NCBI GenBank assembly: GCA_041946805.1
Contig: JBHGBC010000077.1
Location: 1 to 27,723 of the forward strand
Direction: 5' to 3'
Origin: a bacterium
GTDB taxonomy: Bacteria; Hinthialibacterota; Hinthialibacteria; Hinthialibacterales; Hinthialibacteraceae
DNA length: 27,723 nt
Part shown: piece after piece, positions 1 to 7,144 of the stretch
Layout of the letters: every line of letters begins with the position of its first letter
How positions within the stretch are numbered: position 1 is the stretch's first letter
Notes under the pieces: model-generated
What the model saw: the letters and a program-made list of their open reading frames with translations, nothing else
Told to the model about the DNA's origin: nothing
The model's database searches: none
Position numbers and translations under genes: made by a program

Positions 1-57
1 ACCAATCGTTCCCACGTTCACATGGGGTTTCTTCCGCTCGAATTTCCCTTTGGCCAT
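1..57 (-). CDS. tuf: Elongation factor Tu, 5' end only (runs off the left edge)
   Basis: Reverse complement of 57..1 translates to MAKGKFERKKPHVNVGTIG, the canonical EF-Tu N-terminus. It lies directly downstream of tRNA-Thr(GGT), as in tufB operons. Not in the ORF track. Confidence 0.96.
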   Translation of the reverse strand, partial: MAKGKFERKKPHVNVGTIG

Positions 58-106
58 GGGAGGGCCCCTCTTTCTATGGTGATATGCAGTGGATTTATAA
101 TTTTCA

Positions 107-179
<73 letters not shown>

Positions 180-224
180 TTAGATTCGTACGGACAGTAT
201 GCCTGTCATCCAGACTAGGAGAGG

Positions 225-253
225 ATCATAGAAATCAACTCCGCGCCTGTCAA
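225..253 (-). promoter_or_regulatory. sigma70-type promoter for thrT-tuf
   Basis: Minus strand reads TTGACA (253-248), a 17-nt spacer, then TATGAT (230-225), about 45 nt upstream of the tRNA. Confidence 0.85.
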
Positions 254-475
254 GGAAGCTGGACGAGCGCTCCATTATCCCATCGCCCGCGGGAAGAAAT
301 ATTGTATCTCCCCTTCCGGTATGGGGAAATCCCCCCGGCCGGCATTTTCCGGAACCGCGGATGCCAAGCGGGGTGATTGTACCCGGCGCGTTTCTCCAGT
401 AATCTATCTTCCATCCGATCGGCAAGAGAAAACGTCTCCCTACCGGCAGCCCGGCGTGATCCGGTGTGGACCATC

Positions 476-1615
476 ATGGCTGAAAAATCCAATCTGCGCA
501 TTTGCTGTTTATCGCCCGCCATGTATCCCTTGTTCAATCCCCTGAACCGCGCCGTGTATTCCGCCGCCGAATTGGAACTCTTCGAGCTGGTCCGTCACTT
601 CGGGAAGGACAAAGCGATCGATGTGAACCTGGTCACGGGGGATTTCGGCCAGGATGAGGTCGAATTCTGTTCGGGAGTGCTGGTTTTCCGCGCGAAGTTC
701 GATCCGCCGTCCGCCGGATTATCCCGCTGGTTCCCGCGGAAGAATCCACTGCACAAGCGGCTGGCGGACATCGACGCGCCCCTGTATCTGGCCGCCGGCG
801 CGGGAATCCCGGCCGTGGAGGCCGCCCGGTTTTGCCGCCGGAACCGCCGGGCGTTTGTGTTCCGGGTGACGCATCAGCGCGAATGCGACGGTTCCTTCGT
901 TCAAGGCCATGGGCGGGAGGGAAACGAGTTCCGCTGGGCCCTGCGCCACGCGGACGCTATTGTTTGCCAGACCGAGGAGCAGAAGCGGCTTCTTCAGCAC
1001 ACGGAAAACCTGGAGGCCTTGGTGATTCCCAGCGCCGCGTCCAAGGAGCCGCCCCGGGAGGATCACCGCGAGGATGTGATATGGATTGGGGAAGCTGTGG
1101 AGTGGAGGCAGCCGGAACTGTTTTTCCGTCTCGCGTTGACTCTGCCCAACCGGACTTTCACGCTGTTGATCAATCCCCGGGATCCGGCCTATTTCGAAAA
1201 CCTCATCGCCAAAACCCGTGACATACCCAACCTGGGCGTCGAAAATTCCGTTCCCTATCACGAATGGCCCAATTATCTGCGCCGCGCCAAGTTGTTGGTC
1301 AACACCTCGCGCTATGAGGGATTTCCCTTCGCGTTTACGCTGGCCTTCGCCCATGGCGTGCCTGTGGTGAGTCTCAACGTAAATCCGGATGACATACTCG
1401 AAAGGCGCCAGGTGGGCTTATGCGCGCAGGGATCCGAAGTGCGCCTGGCGCAGGGAGTCCAAGACTTACTGACCTACGACCGCCAATGGCGGCGGATGAG
1501 CGAGAACGCGCGCCAGTACGCGCAAAAACATCAAAATCTGGAAGAGGCCGCCCAGGAATACCGCCGCCTGTTCGCTCGGCTGCTGGTGGCCAAAAAACTC
1601 AAGAGCCGGACCTGA
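476..1615 (+). CDS. Glycosyltransferase, GT-B fold, family 4-like
   Basis: Motifs ADAIVCQTEEQ, VIWIG, LLVNTSRYEGFP and GVPVVSLNVNPD are typical of GT4. The ATG at 476 (MAEKSNLRICCLS) is preferred over the track start at 377. Confidence 0.85.
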   Translation: MAEKSNLRICCLSPAMYPLFNPLNRAVYSAAELELFELVRHFGKDKAIDVNLVTGDFGQDEVEFCSGVLVFRAKFDPPSAGLSRWFPRKNPLHKRLADIDAPLYLAAGAGIPAVEAARFCRRNRRAFVFRVTHQRECDGSFVQGHGREGNEFRWALRHADAIVCQTEEQKRLLQHTENLEALVIPSAASKEPPREDHREDVIWIGEAVEWRQPELFFRLALTLPNRTFTLLINPRDPAYFENLIAKTRDIPNLGVENSVPYHEWPNYLRRAKLLVNTSRYEGFPFAFTLAFAHGVPVVSLNVNPDDILERRQVGLCAQGSEVRLAQGVQDLLTYDRQWRRMSENARQYAQKHQNLEEAAQEYRRLFARLLVAKKLKSRT

Positions 1616-1706
1616 ATCGCGGCGGATGGATTGGAAAAACGCCCGCCCCCGGCATCCTGGCGCCGGGCTTCCTTGATATTCCGCTCACGTGGGCCCGGAT
1701 TGAAAA

Positions 1707-2285
1707 TCACGGACCGAAACGGATGACGTCTCCCGCGCTGGTCGTGCCGTTGCTGGCGTTGTAAAGGAAGAAAACATCCTGCGGATATCCCCTGGCGCCG
1801 GCGTCCGCGTTCAAATCGACATCCGGTCCCGCCGAGATCAACGCCCATTGATAGGAGGTCCCTTTGCCATGCAGCCACGCGTGGGGAGATCCCTCGAGTT
1901 TGTTGTTCATGTAGGCCACGGGCGCCTCCGGCCAGCCATGGGATTCGTAACAATAGTTTATGGGATCTCCGTCCGGAGTCACATAGCCCTTGGGAGCGAA
2001 GGGATCGGGCCAGTACGCCTGGGTAATATAGGCTACCGGCGTCGTCAGGGGGCGGAACCGCCAGGGCCACGAGATGTTGTTATACCGGCTGATGTAGCGG
2101 CCAGTATCCAACTTGTACATTTCCAGGGCGGTGGCCAGGGCTTTGAAATCGCCTTCCACCTTGGCGACCTTGGCCCGCACCTGGGCGTTCAGAAAGTTCG
2201 GGACCGCGATGGCCGCCAATATGCCGATGATGGCCACAACGATCAACAACTCGATCAAGGTAAAAGCATGGGTATTTTTGGACAT
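1707..2285 (-). CDS. Prepilin-type N-terminal cleavage/methylation domain protein (GspG/pilin-like)
   Basis: MSKNTHA|FTLIELLIVVAIIGILAAIAVPNF is a class III signal with E5. It is followed by a GspG-like helix (ALATALEMYKLDTGRY), SAGPD and C-terminal YNASNGTTSAGDV. A purine-rich RBS lies upstream. Confidence 0.9.
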   Translation of the reverse strand: MSKNTHAFTLIELLIVVAIIGILAAIAVPNFLNAQVRAKVAKVEGDFKALATALEMYKLDTGRYISRYNNISWPWRFRPLTTPVAYITQAYWPDPFAPKGYVTPDGDPINYCYESHGWPEAPVAYMNNKLEGSPHAWLHGKGTSYQWALISAGPDVDLNADAGARGYPQDVFFLYNASNGTTSAGDVIRFGP

Positions 2286-2596
2286 GATCAATGATCTCTC
2301 TCCCCCGAATTAGAACTCACGCCATGGTACATGAAAACCAAACGGCTCGAAAGGCGGGATTGCCGGTTGAACCCAGGGGATTTGTCCGGATCCCGGAGGC
2401 GGTGGCATGAAGGCGAATCCGCCGGAGGAAAAACCGGGACTGGAAATAGTAAGATCTTCCCGGGCAGGGGACTTGGTTTGCGGAAATGGGCGGCGCGTGG
2501 TTTGACGGATCCTCCCGCCTTTCCCCGGTTCCGATTCCCAGGCCTCATCATAAGAAGGCATCGCCCGCCCGGCTGTCCGGACGAGCCTAAAAAAAA

Positions 2597-2625
2597 TTGA
2601 TCCTTTTGACCGCAATGCCTATATT
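2597..2625 (+). promoter_or_regulatory. Candidate sigma70 promoter for the DUF362 fusion gene
   Basis: TTGATC, a 17-nt spacer, then TATATT, preceded by an A-tract (UP-element-like). Confidence 0.45.
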
Positions 2626-2690
2626 CTATCCTGGTCGAAATCCGCCCGCAGGTGAATGGTATGCTTGTTCCATCTTTTTCCCGTGGACCG

Positions 2691-5441
2691 ATGATCCTTC
2701 GCGCCATTTTTTTCCTTGGCGTTCCCGCCCTGATTGGCATTGACATCGCCTCCACCCTCCAGGCTCCCTCCCGGATTGAAGCCATCCCGGTTTCTCAATT
2801 GAAAAACGACGGCCTGTCACCCAGCTATTCCACTCAGGTGGCGTTGGTCCGGTCGGATGACAGCGCGTTGTCTTCCCCGGCTTCCTTGACCACCCCCCTT
2901 TCGGACGCCCAAATTCTGGCGATGGTGTATCGCGCACTGGATCTGGAGGGAGGACTCAAAAGCCGTTTATTCAACGGCGCGCGCGTCGTGATCAAGCCCA
3001 ATGTCGTGGAACCCGCGAACCTCGAAAACGGCGTGAATACCGATCCACGCGTGGTGGAAGGGCTGATCCGGTGGATCGTGGCTCACGGGCCGGACCAACT
3101 CAGCCTCACCGTGGCCGAAGCCCCGGGCGGGTGGCTGGCCCCGGAAATGAAAAACACGAAATACAACTCCGGCGGAGCGCCGGTGGCCGACGGTTTCGCG
3201 CAGGCCGGATACCGGGACATGCGAGCCCGCCTGGCGGCCGACGGGATCGCGGTCACCCTGCTCGACGCCAATTTCGGTTCGTACAACGATCCCTTGAGCC
3301 ACCTCCGCCTGGAGCCGGTGCCCGCGAAGATCGACTTTCCCGTCTTTCCCGCGTATTGGATCCATGAAACCATTCTCGACGCGGATGTATTGATCAACGT
3401 TCCCGTGATGAAAATCCACACACCGAACATCACCGGTTGCCTGAAAAATTACATCGGCATAGCCGCCGGGGCCAAGTATGGGACTTACAAGGGCATCGGG
3501 GGGCCGGATCCCGGCGATCCGGCCTTGCACCAAGATTGGCCGGACTACAATTCGGTGGAGCGGGAGATCGTCGACCTGGCCTCCATCGCCCCCGCGGACT
3601 ACTGCCTGGTGGACGCGCTGGTGTGCAAGGAGCAGGGCAAAACCGCCTCGCATCCCCCGGTGCGGCGCAATTTGGTTCTCGCCGGGGCCGACATGGTGGC
3701 CGTGGACACCATCTGCGCGCGGCTGATGGGCCTCAATCCCGATAGCGTTCCTCACTTGAACAACGCGGCCCGCGAAGGTTTGGGCGTCATGAATCCGGCC
3801 TTGATCCGGGTCATGGGCGAACGCACCGTGGACGAATCAATGTATTACTTCGAACGCTCACCCGAGGGCTATCAAGGCAACCGGGGCCATTTCGGCATGA
3901 ACAACCGGATTTGGCTGCTCCACCGCGCCGCGGGGACCGATATCGATACGTCCTTCCTTGGCGTTCCCGACGCGGAGATCACCGCCGCGCCGGGCGCGGA
4001 CGGCTGGACGGAACCGGTCTGTTTTTCCGACGATAAGATCGATTTCGAAGCCCACTACGGTTCATCGGACGGGTATATCTATTACGCCTTTTGTTGGGTG
4101 ACGGTTCCCCAGGAACAGGACGCCGAGCTCTGGATCACGCATGATGAATCCTGCAAGGTATGGCTGGGGGGAGATTTGATTTACGATGTTGACGCCGCGT
4201 ATCAGGGCATCACCTTGCCGGGCCACTCCGCCAAGACCATTCATCTCCCAACGGGTGTCCATCCCCTGCTGGTCAAACTGCTGGATCAAACCCAATCGGC
4301 TATTTTCGTCCTGAACCTCTGCCGCGTCCTTCCTTCCATGCTGCCGGCCGGGCGGGCGACGTACACCGATCTGTCGGTGGCGGCCAATTACAAGCGGTAC
4401 GAAGGCACGCGCGTGCCCGGCTTGAAGTTTCATACCCGTTATTTCCCCGGCGCTGAACGGGTGGATGATTTCAACAACGACGGCAAGCCCGATATATTTT
4501 GGCGGAACTACGCCACCGGCCAAAACGCCGTATGGTGGATGGATAACCGCGCGATTCTCGGATACCGCTATCCTCCCCCGGCCGCGGACTTGAACTGGAT
4601 CTTCTCCGGCACGGGAGATTTCAACACCGATGGAGAACCGGACTTGGTATGGCGGAATTACAGCACCGGGCAGAACAGCATTTGGTATATGGACGGGACG
4701 AAGTACATCGGCTATGAAATGCTTCCGGCCGTCCCGGACACCAGCTGGGTGCTCTCCGGCGTGGAGGATATGAACCAGGACGGCCACCCCGATTTGATCT
4801 GGCGGTATTACGGGCCCGGAACGAACCAGGGGAGGAATTCGATCTGGTACATGAACGAGGCGGCGGACTGCTCCGGGTATGGGTACATGCCCGCCGCGAC
4901 GGATTTGAACTGGATGATCGCCGGCTTGCGGGATTTCAACGGCGACGGCTATCCCGACCTGGTCTGGCGAAACTACAGCACAGGCCGGAATAGCCTTTGG
5001 TACATGAATAACGCAAAATGTGCCGGGTATGGGTATCTGCCCTCTGTGCCGGATGTGAACTGGACGATCGCGTGTGTGAACGACTTGGACCAAAACGGCG
5101 CCTGCGACATCGTCTGGCGGTATTACGGAGCCGGGACAAACGCGGGGAGGAATCCCGTCTGGTATATGAATAACACGAAGTGCGTCGGGTATGGATACTT
5201 GCCGGCGGTTGCCGATCTCCATTGGTACATCGGAACCTCATACCTTCCTCAGCTCGTGAAGGGCTTTACATCCTTGTCAATCCCCCTGCCGGTGATGAGT
5301 TTCGAGGAAAGGATGGTTCCCGCCATGACTCCTACGGAAACCGCCACCCCGGTTTACCGGGAAAGCCCGAGGATCGAGCCGGCCGCCACGCCCACCGTGA
5401 CCCCTACCCCGGTCTTCTCCCGCGGGATGAGGGAAGGATAA
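2691..5441 (+). CDS. Secreted multidomain protein: DUF362 domain, beta-sandwich-like domain, five FG-GAP/VCBS-like repeats and Pro/Thr tail
   Basis: Hydrophobic N-terminus MILRAIFFLGVPALIG. DUF362 motifs VVIKPN, TDPRVV, VAEA, ADVLINVPVMKIH, CLKN and DMVAVD. Middle segment YAFCWV..AELWITHDESCKVWLGG..HPLLVKL. Repeats of the form DFNxDGxPDxxWRNYxTGxNxxWYM. Start could be 2652, 2661 or 2691. Confidence 0.8.
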   Translation: MILRAIFFLGVPALIGIDIASTLQAPSRIEAIPVSQLKNDGLSPSYSTQVALVRSDDSALSSPASLTTPLSDAQILAMVYRALDLEGGLKSRLFNGARVVIKPNVVEPANLENGVNTDPRVVEGLIRWIVAHGPDQLSLTVAEAPGGWLAPEMKNTKYNSGGAPVADGFAQAGYRDMRARLAADGIAVTLLDANFGSYNDPLSHLRLEPVPAKIDFPVFPAYWIHETILDADVLINVPVMKIHTPNITGCLKNYIGIAAGAKYGTYKGIGGPDPGDPALHQDWPDYNSVEREIVDLASIAPADYCLVDALVCKEQGKTASHPPVRRNLVLAGADMVAVDTICARLMGLNPDSVPHLNNAAREGLGVMNPALIRVMGERTVDESMYYFERSPEGYQGNRGHFGMNNRIWLLHRAAGTDIDTSFLGVPDAEITAAPGADGWTEPVCFSDDKIDFEAHYGSSDGYIYYAFCWVTVPQEQDAELWITHDESCKVWLGGDLIYDVDAAYQGITLPGHSAKTIHLPTGVHPLLVKLLDQTQSAIFVLNLCRVLPSMLPAGRATYTDLSVAANYKRYEGTRVPGLKFHTRYFPGAERVDDFNNDGKPDIFWRNYATGQNAVWWMDNRAILGYRYPPPAADLNWIFSGTGDFNTDGEPDLVWRNYSTGQNSIWYMDGTKYIGYEMLPAVPDTSWVLSGVEDMNQDGHPDLIWRYYGPGTNQGRNSIWYMNEAADCSGYGYMPAATDLNWMIAGLRDFNGDGYPDLVWRNYSTGRNSLWYMNNAKCAGYGYLPSVPDVNWTIACVNDLDQNGACDIVWRYYGAGTNAGRNPVWYMNNTKCVGYGYLPAVADLHWYIGTSYLPQLVKGFTSLSIPLPVMSFEERMVPAMTPTETATPVYRESPRIEPAATPTVTPTPVFSRGMREG
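4464..5230 (+). repeat. Five intragenic ~50-55 aa FG-GAP-like repeats
   Basis: Units begin DFNNDGKPD, DFNTDGEPD, DMNQDGHPD, DFNGDGYPD and DLDQNGACD. Similarity is visible in the DNA, e.g. tggcggtattacgg at 4800 and 5115. Confidence 0.9.
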
Positions 5442-5508
5442 CGATTTGGATATTGACGGAGTGAATCCCGGATGGCGTGGCAGAGCGTGGATGGCAAGGA
5501 ATAAGCCT

Positions 5509-5530
5509 GGGGACACGAAGGTCCGCCCCT
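5509..5530 (-). repeat. Degenerate GTAG-type REP-like palindrome
   Basis: Minus strand AGGGGCGGACCTTCGTGTCCCC forms a GGAC/GTCC hairpin and resembles the copy at 10146-10171. Confidence 0.45.
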
Positions 5531-5604
5531 GAACCGGAGCACCGCCATCGCGGGGAAGCCATCCTGGGAAACCAAACAGCGGTTATCCATTATTGCCGGA
5601 AGGT

Positions 5605-6447
5605 TCAATACTCCCCATTGGTCAGGCCGGCGAAGGGGCGGGTGTACCACACGATGATTTCCGGGCCGTACAAAAAGCAGAGATACGCGCCCAGCGCCAG
5701 GTAAGGGCCGAAGGGAATATGACCGTATTTCTCCAACTTCCCCGACAGTTTGAATCCCACGCCCACGATCGATCCCAGGAACGCCGCCAGGAAAATGCAC
5801 AACAGCGAATTCGGCCACCCTAAAAAACCGCCCAGAAAAGCCATCAATTTCACATCCCCGAAACCCATCGCCTCCTGCCGGAAAAACCAACTGCCCACAA
5901 TCCGGATCAGCCAGATCGTTCCTCCCCCCACCAGCACTCCCGTCACGGCTCCGGGCACGGTCTGCACCAGCGCGGTGGGAAACCACAGCGTCCACTGCGC
6001 CACGGCCGCCACGGCGATGGAAAGGGGAATCATGGGTAAAGAGAGGAAATCAGGAATGTACTGATAATCCCAGTCGATGCCCGAGGCGATGATCAAATCG
6101 CATACCACCACCAGGTAGAGGAGCGCAGTGGGCGAGAGGTGAAACCGGTTCAGGATGCCCATGAAGAACAGGGCGGTCAGCAGTTCATACAGCGGGTACC
6201 GGATCGGGATCCGCGTCCGGCAATGGCGGCAGGCGCCCCGCAGCACCAGATACGAGAGCAGGGGGATGTTGTCGTACCAGAGAATCGGGTGGCCGCAGGC
6301 GGGACAATGCGAACCCGGCGTGATGACCGATTGCTCGTGGGGGATCCGCCAGACGCAGACATGCAGAAAACTGCCGATGGCCGCGCCGAGGATCCCGGCG
6401 GCGGCGACGTAAAACTCCTGGGGCATCAGAGACCAATTCATGGACAT
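5605..6447 (-). CDS. pilD: Prepilin peptidase / N-methyltransferase (peptidase A24A)
   Basis: IGSFLHVCVWRIP, two CxxC pairs (CPAC, CRHC), NIPLLSY, catalytic Asp motifs IDWDYQYIPD and MGFGDVKL, and IPFGPYL. The real start is 6447 or 6441; the longer track ORF is antisense to the HIT gene. Confidence 0.93.
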   Translation of the reverse strand: MSMNWSLMPQEFYVAAAGILGAAIGSFLHVCVWRIPHEQSVITPGSHCPACGHPILWYDNIPLLSYLVLRGACRHCRTRIPIRYPLYELLTALFFMGILNRFHLSPTALLYLVVVCDLIIASGIDWDYQYIPDFLSLPMIPLSIAVAAVAQWTLWFPTALVQTVPGAVTGVLVGGGTIWLIRIVGSWFFRQEAMGFGDVKLMAFLGGFLGWPNSLLCIFLAAFLGSIVGVGFKLSGKLEKYGHIPFGPYLALGAYLCFLYGPEIIVWYTRPFAGLTNGEY

Positions 6448-6681
6448 GATCCGGATGGATTCGTGAATCTCCCGCGTTTTTGTCCTGCCCTCGAGACGAA
6501 CCGCCGCGCCGTATGCAACATGAAAATCGCTCCCCTGTAAAGGTTGATCCGGATTTCTCCCCGGGAAACGGACACGCGGAGAGGTTTTTCCCGCTCTTTC
6601 ATGGGTGGCAAACCCGAGTATGCTAACCGTAACGACATCGAGCCCTCGGGAGCGATGGAAGGCAGACCAGGAGAAAAGCCC

Positions 6682-7032
6682 ATGACGGCGGACAAGTGCA
6701 TATTTTGCCAAATCGTGGCGCGGAGCATTCCCGCGGCGCTGGTTTACGAAGATGACCGCGTCCTTGCGTTCAAGGATATCAAACCGGAAGCGCCGGTCCA
6801 TCTCCTCGTGATCCCCAAGGCGCACATCCCCAAAATCGGCGATGTGACCGAGGATCAACAAGCCCTCTTGTACCACTTGCTCCGGACCGCCCACCACGTG
6901 GCGCAGCAGTTCGAAATCGCGGACGAAGGCTACCGGCTGGTCATCAATTCCGGTGACAACGGCGGCCAGACCGTGCATCACTTGCACATACACGTGCTGG
7001 GCGGGCGGTTCATGCGCTGGCCTCCCGGCTGA
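6682..7032 (+). CDS. hinT: Histidine triad (HIT) nucleotide-binding protein, Hint/PKCI type
   Basis: CIFCQIV, AFKDIKPEAPVHLLVIPK, GQTVHHLHIHVLGGR and terminal WPPG. AGGAG RBS precedes ATG 6682. Confidence 0.93.
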   Translation: MTADKCIFCQIVARSIPAALVYEDDRVLAFKDIKPEAPVHLLVIPKAHIPKIGDVTEDQQALLYHLLRTAHHVAQQFEIADEGYRLVINSGDNGGQTVHHLHIHVLGGRFMRWPPG

Positions 7033-7057
7033 TGGCCGGCGGCCTCCGCCAGTCACT

Positions 7058-7085
7058 TTGACCTCTTTCCCGCTAACGATATACT
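7058..7085 (+). promoter_or_regulatory. Candidate sigma70 promoter for the TPR-yqeK pair
   Basis: TTGACC, a 16-nt spacer, then TATACT, about 60 nt upstream of ATG 7145. Confidence 0.55.
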
Positions 7086-7144
7086 TCTTTCAGGGTGACG
7101 GTATACTTCTCTCTGAAAGAAAACGATCGGCTGGCTAGGCCACC

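Noticed and set aside
2290..2600. Possible c-di-GMP or other riboswitch upstream of the pilin-like gene
   Set aside because: Only short CAAACC fragments are present and I could not build the conserved two-stem architecture by eye. An Rfam scan would settle it.
4464..5230. Repeats as a CRISPR array or DGR template/variable pair
   Set aside because: They are in-frame protein repeats with differences not confined to adenines, and there is no cas or reverse transcriptase gene in the window.
6448..7056. Apparent 200-aa N-terminal extension of PilD
   Set aside because: It is the antisense of hinT plus intergenic DNA; PilD homology starts near 6447.
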